DNA of 38,348 nt, taken from the IMG/VR virus record IMGVR_UViG_3300006752_003453, positions 1 to 38,348 of that record, one strand, 5' to 3'. The notes beneath the pieces were generated by a model, which saw only the letters and a list, made by a program, of their open reading frames with translations, did no database searches and was not told the DNA's origin. The position numbers and the translations under genes are program-made. Every line of letters begins with the position of its first letter. The first letter of the stretch is position 1. Origin of the DNA: a virus. Its lineage: Duplodnaviria; Caudoviricetes. Shown here in pieces: positions 18,314 through 27,723 of this stretch.

Positions 18314-18583
18314 CTATAATGTTGTCGTTAACTTGGACAAAATTAAGTCCAGTTTATTTTCAAATGTTATTACTAATGTTTGATCTTTGTACCAATCTTC
18401 TCTACTGTAATCCATATTTTTATGTGGTATAAAATGCCAACCAAACTTACCTTTAATTAAATCCCTGATATGATTTACGGAACTTAAAGGGATAGCATTT
18501 GTGTTTGTTTTCCACTGATGTTTAAAGATTTTATTATACCCACAATTGTCAGGCAAAAAAGTATCTAAATCATCCATTCTCAA
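18314..18583 (-). CDS. Hypothetical protein (89 aa)
   Basis: Co-oriented overlapping ORF. Confidence 0.6.
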   Translation of the reverse strand: MRMDDLDTFLPDNCGYNKIFKHQWKTNTNAIPLSSVNHIRDLIKGKFGWHFIPHKNMDYSREDWYKDQTLVITFENKLDLILSKLTTTL

Positions 18584-19097
18584 GACGTCTTTGTTTATTC
18601 AGTCTTTTTAACTCCTGCCTACATTCTACTTCTGTTTTAAATGGTCCTGAATAACCATAATTTGTAAGTGTAGAATATTTAGGTCCGTGACTTCTTTTCC
18701 AACCTTTTTCAAAGTTGATACAGTACCATCCTGCGGCATAGTAAACATCACTTTCAGGTGTTTTAGTGTAAAGGGGAATATCGCTATTGTAATCCTTATG
18801 AGTAGGGTCTAATGGATATGGTGTTTCGTAATCTATCAAATGACCTTTAATATAAAAAGAATCACTAATAGTTGCATTATCAGTAATTTGATCTTTAAAC
18901 AAATTTACATTACCAAAGTGCTCAACAACATCTGTTTCATCATCAAATCCTAAAAACTCTTTTCCAGTAATATAAAAATAATGTTCTTGTACATCTTTAT
19001 TTAAAATGCCCAATTTATTTTTACCTTGCCTTACTAGCCAAGCCACATCACTTATTTGTTGTAACTGTGTTTTATTTTTCTTTTTAGTCTTTACCAT
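18570..19097 (-). CDS. Hypothetical phage protein (175 aa)
   Basis: AAGGAG RBS, operon context. Confidence 0.7.
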   Translation of the reverse strand: MVKTKKKNKTQLQQISDVAWLVRQGKNKLGILNKDVQEHYFYITGKEFLGFDDETDVVEHFGNVNLFKDQITDNATISDSFYIKGHLIDYETPYPLDPTHKDYNSDIPLYTKTPESDVYYAAGWYCINFEKGWKRSHGPKYSTLTNYGYSGPFKTEVECRQELKRLNKQRRLENG

Positions 19098-19324
19098 GCT
19101 TTATTCTCCTTATCTCCATAATCCTCATCCTTACCTACTACAACACCGTCTATTGAATATAGTTGCTTGTTGGGTGTACCTTTTGCATTTTTAAATACTT
19201 CAGGACAAACATCCTGTCTCATCTGCCTGTATACTTTGTTGCCATCTGGACTAGTAAATATCCAATAAGGCTCTGCTGGCCAATCGTCAGTAATTCTTCG
19301 TATCGCCTTATCCAACTTGTCCAT
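19091..19324 (-). CDS. Hypothetical protein (77 aa)
   Basis: Overlaps both neighbours. Confidence 0.6.
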   Translation of the reverse strand: MDKLDKAIRRITDDWPAEPYWIFTSPDGNKVYRQMRQDVCPEVFKNAKGTPNKQLYSIDGVVVGKDEDYGDKENKAW

Positions 19325-20300
19325 TCAAAAACTCTGCATAATCACCTGGATTTTGAGACATTCTTTCTAAATTCCATTTAGCACAAAACTTCATAAAATA
19401 CACACCTACTTGTTGTTTAGGCTCTTGTAGTTTTGCACTTTCAATAATCTGATTACTTTCTGCTTTTACTTCATCAGGTTGCATTGTAAGGTCTATAAGA
19501 ATCTTGTTACGTTCAAAGTCGTCTCTAACTCTATGTTCTTGTTCTTCATGATCAACCCAACGTTGTAACATAAAGTTATTAAAATTATAACCTCCAGTAT
19601 GTCTATCATCATATGCTTCAGTGATACCTGTCTTGTTTTTAGTGCCTTTTAGTCTTGCACCAGGATAGGCACTGAACACATTATCAGCACTATCTCCTCT
19701 CACACACTTCTCAAACAATACCCATTCAGGAACTACTGGTGTTTTCTTTTCACCGGTCTTTTTATCTATTACCCATTCGCCTGTTTTAGCATTTTTAAAG
19801 CCTTCTAAAGTAACTATCTGGTCTGTTGTTCCGTTGTATTGTGTTACATTTTCTGCTAGTAATTGATAAAAGTCACTGTCTGTACTAACAATAACATGAT
19901 TATCATCTGGATGTTGTTGTATCCAAGTAGCAATTAAATCATCTGCTTCTGCATTTGGTTGTTGTATAACACTACAGTTTGTTCTTTCATCTAAAAACTT
20001 TGTAAGATCATTATAAGATTCAAAAAACAATTCATCATCTTCTTGTTCTCTAACAGATCTTTTATCCATTAAAACTTTTCTATTTGCTTTGTAAGGAGGG
20101 TAAAAATCTTTACGCCATGAACGGCCTTCTAAACACATAACAACATGATCACCATCAAAGTCACGCCATACTTTTTTAATACTGTTAAACATGATGTGCA
20201 TTGCCATACCAACTCTCATGTCAATATCTTTACCACCACCAACATGTTTTGCTCTAAAGAACATGTTAAGTGAATCTACTAGTATATATGTTTTAGCCAT
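19308..20300 (-). CDS. rnh: 5'-3' exonuclease / T4 RNase H-like FEN nuclease
   Basis: ILVDSLN, SWRKDFYPPYKANR, EADDLIA, STDSDFYQL, RGDSADNV. Confidence 0.9.
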   Translation of the reverse strand: MAKTYILVDSLNMFFRAKHVGGGKDIDMRVGMAMHIMFNSIKKVWRDFDGDHVVMCLEGRSWRKDFYPPYKANRKVLMDKRSVREQEDDELFFESYNDLTKFLDERTNCSVIQQPNAEADDLIATWIQQHPDDNHVIVSTDSDFYQLLAENVTQYNGTTDQIVTLEGFKNAKTGEWVIDKKTGEKKTPVVPEWVLFEKCVRGDSADNVFSAYPGARLKGTKNKTGITEAYDDRHTGGYNFNNFMLQRWVDHEEQEHRVRDDFERNKILIDLTMQPDEVKAESNQIIESAKLQEPKQQVGVYFMKFCAKWNLERMSQNPGDYAEFLNGQVG

Positions 20301-20305
20301 AAGTT

Positions 20306-20334
20306 ATTATAACAAATTTATGAGTTATTGTCAA
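20306..20334 (-). promoter_or_regulatory. Sigma70-type promoter, probably producing a leaderless rnh mRNA
   Basis: TTGACA-17 nt-TATAAT ending 5 nt before the ATG. No RBS. Confidence 0.7.
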
Positions 20335-20572
20335 GATTTAAATCGTCATTAATTATTGCATCAAACGGAGACTCTTTTAAGTTTTTCTCCCTTGCAGTTT
20401 CAAAGTTACGTTTTAAATCGTAATTAAGGTATTTGGCAAAGTTGGTTATAATGAAATCTATTTCTCTAGGTTCCATATCTTCTATAGAGTTATCAACTAC
20501 AATGTCAATTTGTTTAACTAGTAATGCTAATTTAGTCTTGCTCTTCTGATCCAACGTTTGTTGCGATGACAT
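20318..20572 (-). CDS. Hypothetical protein (84 aa)
   Basis: GGAG RBS within the upstream gene. Confidence 0.6.
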   Translation of the reverse strand: MSSQQTLDQKSKTKLALLVKQIDIVVDNSIEDMEPREIDFIITNFAKYLNYDLKRNFETAREKNLKESPFDAIINDDLNLDNNS

Positions 20573-21041
20573 CTACTTCTCCGTCTTGTTGTAATCCGTA
20601 ATCTTGATCAGCCATCTCTTGTACTAATACTGTCCTACATACGTCATTAAACCATTTATTTACTATTGCTTCGTCGTCTTTTCCTTCGTAACCATTGTCA
20701 TGTAAGAATTTAACAAAGTTATCATTCCAATCAAGTTCCATATAACCTGCTTTTGCATTTTCTGGATTAACATCTAACTTTAATACGTTTACCCAAGGTT
20801 CGTTCTTAATTTCTGCTACTGCTTTGTCATACTCAGCCTGCCCAATCTTTCCGTTTTTAAGTTTAACATCAAGTTTAGCAACTTCTTTATCTTCATCACT
20901 ATCAGCACCAAGTTCTGCTAATACTTCTTCTAGTTCTTCACCTTCATAATAATATTCTGCTTCTGCTATTGCACGAGTCTTACCTTTAAGACCCCAACTA
21001 GCAGGCATCATACTAAATGGTAATTTAGTTTTTTTCGCCAT
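20532..21041 (-). CDS. Hypothetical acidic phage protein (169 aa)
   Basis: GGAGG RBS, long ORF in operon. Confidence 0.75.
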   Translation of the reverse strand: MAKKTKLPFSMMPASWGLKGKTRAIAEAEYYYEGEELEEVLAELGADSDEDKEVAKLDVKLKNGKIGQAEYDKAVAEIKNEPWVNVLKLDVNPENAKAGYMELDWNDNFVKFLHDNGYEGKDDEAIVNKWFNDVCRTVLVQEMADQDYGLQQDGEVDVIATNVGSEEQD

Positions 21042-21480
21042 CTTTTTCCTCCGGTAATACTGCCGTCATTGTTTTTATTCTGCAAGGATATAATGCTCTT
21101 TTATACATCCAACTAATTGGTACAATACCGTCTCCTTTACCAATATGTCTTGTTCCTGCCCAAGAGTTAAATTGTAAGGCCGTTGCATACTCCATATCCC
21201 AACATCTATTAAAAAATGTTACATCTATTTTTTTATTTTTGCTAAATGTTAGTCTTAATGTGTTTGTTTCATTGTTCCAATCCCAACTTCTAACTCTTTC
21301 AAAATTAAATGTATTAACATCTAATTCTTTTTGTGTAACAGGAATACCATGTTCAGTATATCCCATAACTTTATCTTCATCTGCTCTTGTTTCGTATGCT
21401 ACCATCATTAAGAACATTACGAATGCTGTAATGAGTAATGGGCTCATATTTTTTATAAAATTCCAATCATGTTTATTCAT
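21025..21480 (-). CDS. Hypothetical secreted or membrane-anchored protein
   Basis: N-terminal hydrophobic stretch (LLITAFVMFLMMVA) and two Cys. Confidence 0.65.
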   Translation of the reverse strand: MNKHDWNFIKNMSPLLITAFVMFLMMVAYETRADEDKVMGYTEHGIPVTQKELDVNTFNFERVRSWDWNNETNTLRLTFSKNKKIDVTFFNRCWDMEYATALQFNSWAGTRHIGKGDGIVPISWMYKRALYPCRIKTMTAVLPEEKDGEKN

Positions 21481-21680
21481 TAGTAAACTCCTTCGTTTAT
21501 AGTGCCTTCTTCTATTACCTTACCTGTCTGTTTATCAGTAATATAATATTCAGCCTCCATATCCCAATCTCTAAATATAACTTCTTTTAATGCTGATATA
21601 TCTGGGCCATGATTATGAGGATACCATGCATCTTCATATTCTCCCCAACCTTTTATATATATTTCGTATATAGTTATCAT
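21480..21680 (-). CDS. Hypothetical protein (66 aa)
   Basis: Tightly packed co-oriented ORF. Confidence 0.6.
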   Translation of the reverse strand: MITIYEIYIKGWGEYEDAWYPHNHGPDISALKEVIFRDWDMEAEYYITDKQTGKVIEEGTINEGVY

Positions 21681-21681
21681 A

Positions 21682-22584
21682 TTATTTTCCTATTGCATTT
21701 CCATAAATGTGTACATGGACTCTGCTTGTATAGTTATATCCACGTTGTATAGCCTCATCGGCAATACTGGCTTCAGTTTGTACTAATCCTTCAAAGGTGC
21801 CGCCAACTCCCATAATCCATACAGGGAAGTTACAGCCGGCATCTCTAAATGATTTTGTGTGTTCTTCTACTTCACGCCAACTTGCATCAGTACCATTAAC
21901 AACAAACTTTAGTTGTCCATGTGGACTTACTTCTGCATACCTACCAATTACTTCTGGCTTAATTGCCTTCTTATTCTTCTCACCAGCAGTACTCCACAGT
22001 TTAGGACTTAAACTCCAATACCATTCTCTACCATCTGCCCAATTAGAATATTCACGTTGTACCCATTCAGCAAACTCATCTGAGATAGGCTTTGTACCAT
22101 TTGTTTCCACAGTAACATTCATAGGCTGATTCTTTCTGCGTTTGAACTCTTCTATAATGTTCATCATGCCAGGTTGTGTGTTCTTAAGCATTGGTTCACC
22201 ACCTGTAAATACCATATGAGCAGACTGTCCTGTTACAGGATGTACAAATTGGGAGTGCGGCAGAAGAGATGTAAGTTCGTCTACGGCCTCTTCCACCGTC
22301 TTATCTGTTATTAAGTGCTTATACTTTTTACTCCAAGTATAACTGCTATCACAACCTTTTTCAAAGACGGGTAAATCAAATACATTTGTTATATCTGAAA
22401 TGTCTATTGTTTCATATGGTAATTCGTATGTGTCAGGATTAGTTGGTTCTTTTTGTCCAAAGCCATTACATTGTAAATTACATAAGAAAAATCTCATCCA
22501 TAGACTAGGTATACCCACATATTGTCCTTCACCTTGTGCTGAATAAAATGTTTCGCTATATTTTAAACTAGACGGATTCTTCAT
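21682..22584 (-). CDS. queE: 7-carboxy-7-deazaguanine synthase (radical SAM)
   Basis: SETFYSAQGEG, CNLQC...GCDSSY, FTGGEP, ETNGT, SLSPKL, QLKFVV, RVHVHIYG. Adjacent to folE. Confidence 0.9.
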   Translation of the reverse strand: MKNPSSLKYSETFYSAQGEGQYVGIPSLWMRFFLCNLQCNGFGQKEPTNPDTYELPYETIDISDITNVFDLPVFEKGCDSSYTWSKKYKHLITDKTVEEAVDELTSLLPHSQFVHPVTGQSAHMVFTGGEPMLKNTQPGMMNIIEEFKRRKNQPMNVTVETNGTKPISDEFAEWVQREYSNWADGREWYWSLSPKLWSTAGEKNKKAIKPEVIGRYAEVSPHGQLKFVVNGTDASWREVEEHTKSFRDAGCNFPVWIMGVGGTFEGLVQTEASIADEAIQRGYNYTSRVHVHIYGNAIGK

Positions 22585-23074
22585 CTTGTCCCTTCAATAA
22601 ATCTAACATAGTTTGGTAATTTACACCATTATTAACTACTGAGGCAATGGCTTCAAATACAATACTATGTAATTCACTGCCTTCAAAATCTGTTCTATTA
22701 TGTACTATATCATCTAAACATTCTATCGCACAAATTCTAAACCCTTTATCGAATATCAAAGAAAACTTTTCTTCATTAGGAGAAAATACTCTCCCATATT
22801 GTATAAGTTTTAACCATAGTACATCAGAAATAGATGTACATTCTAATACTATATTTTGTCCTGTACCTGTATTTCTAACAGAAAGATGTCCAGTACCGTT
22901 TAAAGTTTCTATATCAGCAACTGCATCAACACATTCAAATACTTCATCTACTGAAACTGGAAACCTTTTAGTAATGTAATTGATAGACTTTCTATCAATA
23001 ATACTATCAGTTATGTTTCTAACTGGAACTGCTAATTTACCTATTACTAAAGTATTGTTTCTAGTCTCAATCAT
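22568..23074 (-). CDS. Hypothetical protein (168 aa)
   Basis: Coupled ORF between folE and queE. No QueD-type CxxxHGH motif. Confidence 0.65.
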   Translation of the reverse strand: MIETRNNTLVIGKLAVPVRNITDSIIDRKSINYITKRFPVSVDEVFECVDAVADIETLNGTGHLSVRNTGTGQNIVLECTSISDVLWLKLIQYGRVFSPNEEKFSLIFDKGFRICAIECLDDIVHNRTDFEGSELHSIVFEAIASVVNNGVNYQTMLDLLKGQDEESV

Positions 23075-23760
23075 TATTTACTTGCGTATTCTTGTTGTAA
23101 TTTTATATTATCAAAAAACTCTTTTTTAGTACCAGGGTCATCAAAGAACGAACCTTCTAATACAGTTGTTTGTGTAAGACTGCTATGTGCCATTACACCT
23201 CTATGTTCTACGCAACCATGTGTTGCTTGTATGTAAACACCTAAGTTTTTACTACCTGTTGCTTTCATAATTTCTCTGGAAATATCGTTAGCAAGTTCTT
23301 CTTGTAACGTACCACGTCTTGCACACCATTGTGCTATTCTAGTGTACTTAGAAAGACCTATAAGGGTCTCTCCTGCAATAATACCTATGTATGCAATACC
23401 TTTAACTGGCTGATGATGATGAGAACACATACTAATAAGTTCACTTCTAACCACCAACATGCCCTTATATCCTTCTTCTATATCGTTAGGAAATGCTGTA
23501 GCATTAGGCATATCATTATATCTGCCCCACATAAGTTCATTTACATACATTTTAGAAAGACGTCTAGCAGTACCTTGACTGTTAGGATCATTGAATCTAT
23601 CAATAATTAGTGTGTCTAAAATACCTTCAAAATGAGGAATAAGTTCTTCTATAAGTGCTTGATCATCACCTTCATCCATATACTGAGCAACATTATCACT
23701 TGCCCAATACTTAGCATCTGCGGCCTTAATTCTTTTTGTTATTTTATCACTAGTCTTCAT
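23074..23760 (-). CDS. folE: GTP cyclohydrolase I
   Basis: SMCSHHHQP, IGLSKYTR, LQEEL, HGCVEHRG. Confidence 0.95.
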   Translation of the reverse strand: MKTSDKITKRIKAADAKYWASDNVAQYMDEGDDQALIEELIPHFEGILDTLIIDRFNDPNSQGTARRLSKMYVNELMWGRYNDMPNATAFPNDIEEGYKGMLVVRSELISMCSHHHQPVKGIAYIGIIAGETLIGLSKYTRIAQWCARRGTLQEELANDISREIMKATGSKNLGVYIQATHGCVEHRGVMAHSSLTQTTVLEGSFFDDPGTKKEFFDNIKLQQEYASK

Positions 23761-23950
23761 TTTGCATCTCCTCTATCTTGCATCTTAACTGTTCTATTTC
23801 CCTTTTAAGAGATAGTTTTTCTAACTTCTCTTGCTTAACTTTATCATCACTATCATGATGTTCCCAATGTCTAGTAATTTTTTTATCTAACTCTCTGTGA
23901 ATCTCTTCAAGATGTTTAAGATGGTTACTAAGACTTTGTAATGTACTCAT
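23750..23950 (-). CDS. Small coiled-coil protein, DUF465/YdcH-like
   Basis: L...HRELDKKI....LEKLSLKREI pattern. Confidence 0.65.
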   Translation of the reverse strand: MSTLQSLSNHLKHLEEIHRELDKKITRHWEHHDSDDKVKQEKLEKLSLKREIEQLRCKIEEMQNED

Positions 23951-24116
23951 TGTTTTCCTTTAATATTCCTGTTTCCCAATTTTCACAAACATCATTTGCG
24001 TAATGTATACTTTTATCTCTAACATCAACTGTACCAAAAGGTTCATAGTTTTTAAACAAATGAACAACAAAACCGTTGTCCTCTACTACTTCTGCTTTTT
24101 TATGTACTTTATTCAT
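23928..24116 (-). CDS. Hypothetical protein
   Basis: Likely start is the ATG at 24116, overlapping the upstream TGA, with a GAGGAG RBS. Confidence 0.6.
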   Translation of the reverse strand: MNKVHKKAEVVEDNGFVVHLFKNYEPFGTVDVRDKSIHYANDVCENWETGILKENNEYITKS

Positions 24117-24610
24117 TTCCACCACTCCTCATAAGGAAATACAATCCATCTTTCTTCTTCTGGAGTAACAATTTTTCCTGCATAACTAACTTTACTAAAT
24201 TTACTACTCTCTTTATCATATAGTGTAGCATACTTTATACCTTCATGCAAGTGAAATATGTGGTTATTTTCTTCTTGATCAAAGGTATTGACTACCTCGT
24301 CAATTGCTGTAAGTGTTTCACCTGAATCGTTAATATCGTCTACAATTAAAATATCATCACTACTATATTTAGACAAAATAGTTTCTAACCTTGTAGATTC
24401 TTTGATCATACCATGGTCTCTAGTAGTCCATTCAAATCCATGAAAAGGAACATTATAGTAATGACTAAGCATTACACCAACAGGATATCCTCCTCTACCA
24501 GGTCCTAATATAACATCTGGCTTAAATTTGTCTAATGCTATTTGTTGTGTGATACTAGATAGATGAGACTGTAATGTATCCCAACTTTGGTACTCTTTTT
24601 CTATTGTCAT
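24113..24610 (-). CDS. Type I purine phosphoribosyltransferase (Gpt/XGPRT-like)
   Basis: GPGRGG, PRPP loop LIVDDINDSGETL, C-terminal WIVFPYE. Confidence 0.88.
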   Translation of the reverse strand: MTIEKEYQSWDTLQSHLSSITQQIALDKFKPDVILGPGRGGYPVGVMLSHYYNVPFHGFEWTTRDHGMIKESTRLETILSKYSSDDILIVDDINDSGETLTAIDEVVNTFDQEENNHIFHLHEGIKYATLYDKESSKFSKVSYAGKIVTPEEERWIVFPYEEWWK

Positions 24611-24612
24611 AG

Positions 24613-25581
24613 TTACTTCTTCAACAATGATTTCTGATAACTTATTTCATCTCTAACTATATCTTCTATATTAAAAGAAGATTCCCAACCCATTTCTTCA
24701 AATGCCTTGGCAATATTTGCCGAGGTCTTTGCAGGGTCACCTTCACGTCTTGGGCCATACTCTTTGTTAAGTTCAATCCCAAGTTGTTTCTCGACTTCTG
24801 CTACAACTGTGTCTATACTGCTGGAAGAACCTCCACCAATATTAAATGAACCACCTAAGCCACCATCAAAAAGATAGTTTAGTGCGGCCATATGTGCAGA
24901 CGCAATATCAACTACATGTGTATAATCTCTTTCACAAGTTCCATCTGCTGTTTCATAATCATTACCATTAATAGTAAGTTTTTCATTTGTAAGTGCTTTT
25001 TCTATTATAATAGGAATAATATGTTCTTTAGGATTTAGTTGATAACCAAGTCCTTCAAAACTACCTGCGGCATTAAAATACCTTAATGCTGTAAAGTTAA
25101 AGTCATATGCTTTTGCATAATCTTCTAAAACTTGTTCTACCATTAACTTACTTTTACCATAAGGTGTTAAAGGATTAGTTGGGTCTATTTCTGAATTAAG
25201 TAACATATCCGAATCACCATAAACAGAACTTGAACTACTAAATACAAAATGTTTAACTCCACATTCTACAGCATTTTTTAATAATGATATAGAGTTTGAA
25301 ACATTATTATAATATGTTTCTGCTGGATTATTAACACTTTTAGGAACACTATGGTTCGCCGCCAAATGTATAATCGCATCTGGTTTTGTTAGTTCCATTA
25401 TTCCTTTTAGTTGATGATTATCAATATCAAAAGGGTATTGAGTTACACCTGGTAACTCTCTTTTTACTCTATCAATATTAATAACGTTATGCCCTGCTTG
25501 AACTAATAAAGAGCAAGTAACAGATCCTATAAATCCGCTACCGCCTGTAACTAGTATTGTTTTTTGTGCTTCTTTACTCAT
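24613..25581 (-). CDS. galE: UDP-glucose 4-epimerase
   Basis: TGGSGFIG, HLAA, SSSSSVYG, YGKSK, LRYFNAAG, DGTCERDYTHV, RREGDP. Confidence 0.92.
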   Translation of the reverse strand: MSKEAQKTILVTGGSGFIGSVTCSLLVQAGHNVINIDRVKRELPGVTQYPFDIDNHQLKGIMELTKPDAIIHLAANHSVPKSVNNPAETYYNNVSNSISLLKNAVECGVKHFVFSSSSSVYGDSDMLLNSEIDPTNPLTPYGKSKLMVEQVLEDYAKAYDFNFTALRYFNAAGSFEGLGYQLNPKEHIIPIIIEKALTNEKLTINGNDYETADGTCERDYTHVVDIASAHMAALNYLFDGGLGGSFNIGGGSSSSIDTVVAEVEKQLGIELNKEYGPRREGDPAKTSANIAKAFEEMGWESSFNIEDIVRDEISYQKSLLKK

Positions 25582-26770
25582 ATTTTGCTCTGGCTACATG
25601 CCTTCTATATAAATTATCATTACGAGATAATTGTTCACCAGTACCAAGCATTGCATCTAAAGTTCTATCAATAGTGCCATCCTGGTAGTCTGATATCTTA
25701 CCTATATTATACTGCGAAACGTCGTCTGTGTCAATAGCCTCGAACATGTCTGTAAGTTTGCCTATTGCATCATCTAAACTCCACGGTACATACAGGTGTT
25801 TGCCGTTGTTTGCAAATACTTCTGGAAAACTTCTATATGCTGGATATAGTGTAAGTGTTCCAAATGTGTCTGCTTCACTAACAGTATTGCTTACCCAATC
25901 TTGCAAGGCACAATTAAATAGTACTTTGCTGTCAGCAAGTAAGTTATAGTAATCATCTTTCTTTAAACCTGTATAAACTTTAAAGTTAGCATAATCACCG
26001 TTTTGTAATGCCATAGCACGTTCTACATACTCTGGGTCATTACTTTTAAGTTCTGGGTGTCCACAAAATATAGCAAACTCTACAGTAGGATCTATTTTGT
26101 AATAGGCTTCTGCTAAGTCCATATAAAAGTGTGGTTGTTTTTCATCGTCCCAACGTGCCGCAAAGCCAACACGATTTGCTCTTTGGTGTAATGGAATATT
26201 AGAGTCTATACGACCTCTAACTTCTTCTTTACCATATGGTAATCCAGTTACATAGATTGGGGATTTAAGTCCTGCTGTTCTCAAATGAGCAACAAACTCC
26301 TCACTAGCAACCATTATTCCATCAACAAATTCGTCTACCATTTCCTCATACTTACGCATCCAATTAAACATGCCTTCTCTAATAAGGAAGTCATCTGGAT
26401 CAGTTGTTTGTGCTAAAAATCTTAAATAGACTTTAGGCCTAAACTCTTTTGGAGACTGATCCATGATGTAGGGTAAACATTCTAAACCAGGAGTAAACAT
26501 ATCCTCATAAAAAATAACATCATCACTAGTGATTTCGCCATTTTTCATCATCTGAATTAAAGTCATAGTTTGTGATAAACTATAATACGTTCTACCATGT
26601 GCATCTAATACACTACCAGTAACAATAGCCTTGGAGTTATCTAACTCTTGGCCAGTGATTATTTCGTAGTCAATACCACGTTTACCAAATACTCTTTCGT
26701 TCCAGTCTTGTAACTGTAATGTATATCTGGCTTCATAAGACTCAAGTCCCATATAAAATAATTTACGCAT
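25574..26770 (-). CDS. Glycosyltransferase, GT-B/GT4-like
   Basis: GFAARWDDEKQP, C-terminal QDWVSNTVSEA (D/E-x7-E like), YRSFPEV. Next to galE. Confidence 0.75.
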   Translation of the reverse strand: MRKLFYMGLESYEARYTLQLQDWNERVFGKRGIDYEIITGQELDNSKAIVTGSVLDAHGRTYYSLSQTMTLIQMMKNGEITSDDVIFYEDMFTPGLECLPYIMDQSPKEFRPKVYLRFLAQTTDPDDFLIREGMFNWMRKYEEMVDEFVDGIMVASEEFVAHLRTAGLKSPIYVTGLPYGKEEVRGRIDSNIPLHQRANRVGFAARWDDEKQPHFYMDLAEAYYKIDPTVEFAIFCGHPELKSNDPEYVERAMALQNGDYANFKVYTGLKKDDYYNLLADSKVLFNCALQDWVSNTVSEADTFGTLTLYPAYRSFPEVFANNGKHLYVPWSLDDAIGKLTDMFEAIDTDDVSQYNIGKISDYQDGTIDRTLDAMLGTGEQLSRNDNLYRRHVARAKYE

Positions 26771-26912
26771 CTTTTTTCCTTTTCTTTTTGTTTACTTCTT
26801 CAAGACTACCATAATCAACAGTATGAGTTACCTCATCTTCTAAAGACTGAGCATAATCCTCTAACTTATTTGCTTCTTCTGGAGTAATCTTTTTAGGTTC
26901 TTTTTTAGACAT
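26763..26912 (-). CDS. Small hypothetical protein (49 aa, absent from ORF track)
   Basis: MSKKEPKKITPEEANKLEDYAQSLEDEVTHTVDYGSLEEVNKKKRKKDA*. Fills the gap and overlaps the GT start. Confidence 0.6.
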   Translation of the reverse strand: MSKKEPKKITPEEANKLEDYAQSLEDEVTHTVDYGSLEEVNKKKRKKDA

Positions 26913-26914
26913 AA

Positions 26915-27091
26915 TTACATTGAGTTCTTTTTGTCTTGGATTTCAACTCTTCTTGCTTTACAAAGTTTTGAAATTTCCATTAGAGCCTTTCTTGCTCTAG
27001 CGGCAGAAGCCTTAACACCTTTGATTTCAAAGTTATCTTGTTCTGCTTGATACTCTTCCATTAGAGCTTTTAGTTTTAAATGTGTTTCCAT
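26915..27091 (-). CDS. Histone H1-like (Hc1-family) small DNA-binding protein (58 aa, absent from ORF track)
   Basis: METHLKLKALMEEYQAEQDNFEIKGVKASAARARKALMEISKLCKARRVEIQDKKNSM*. KGxKAxxxRARK signature and AAGGAG RBS. Confidence 0.75.
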   Translation of the reverse strand: METHLKLKALMEEYQAEQDNFEIKGVKASAARARKALMEISKLCKARRVEIQDKKNSM

Positions 27092-27103
27092 TGCTTTTCT
27101 CCT

Positions 27104-27541
27104 TTATTGTAAACTATTAAAAACATCTTCTAGTTCCTCACTTGGAACATCAAAGTTTGGTCCATCCCCATTAAATGTAGGATATTCCATTTCACAACCG
27201 TTTTCATTATCCTCGGCTACTGAAATCTTTATGTAACGACCTGGATATCTTGATTGTATCTCAGCCGCTAAATTGTCTGCTATCATTTCGCATGACTTAT
27301 TATTAAGTTGTACAACTTCTTCGTTATACAAACTTTCAAGCCATCTTTTAAACTGTATAAATTCTATATCTCTATCATCATGAAATACCTCAATCCATAC
27401 TTTAAAGTGAAATATGTGTCTGTGTTTATATCCTAAAAAGGATACATCATACTCGTCGCCTGTGGCGGTTGCAGGGTTTGTGTCTGCACCAGGGTAGTAA
27501 TGTATACCCTCTTTACTAAATGTTACCCATATACTTCTCAC
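27104..27541 (-). CDS. QueD-like T-fold protein of the DpdL type (putative CDG decarboxylase)
   Basis: EGIH, LGYKHRHIF (LxxxHRHxF), DRDIEFI, SCEMIA, EDNENG. Likely GTG start at 27541 with a GGAGG RBS. Confidence 0.7.
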   Translation of the reverse strand: MRSIWVTFSKEGIHYYPGADTNPATATGDEYDVSFLGYKHRHIFHFKVWIEVFHDDRDIEFIQFKRWLESLYNEEVVQLNNKSCEMIADNLAAEIQSRYPGRYIKISVAEDNENGCEMEYPTFNGDGPNFDVPSEELEDVFNSLQ

Positions 27542-27723
27542 TACCAACCTCCGTCAATTGTTTCCATCACTTCATTCATATGACCTAACAGTTGTGTGAT
27601 AGGTTCATCATAGTCGCCTATCTCATAGTCGACGTCATCTTGTTCTTTAAACATTGCCTTGACTTGGTCACCGTATTGGATAACCATTTCAAGTTGTTCT
27701 CTCATTTCATCTGATATTGCCAT
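27541..27723 (-). CDS. Small acidic hypothetical protein
   Basis: Likely start MAISDEM at 27723 (TAATG overlap, GGAGG RBS). Confidence 0.65.
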   Translation of the reverse strand: MAISDEMREQLEMVIQYGDQVKAMFKEQDDVDYEIGDYDEPITQLLGHMNEVMETIDGGW

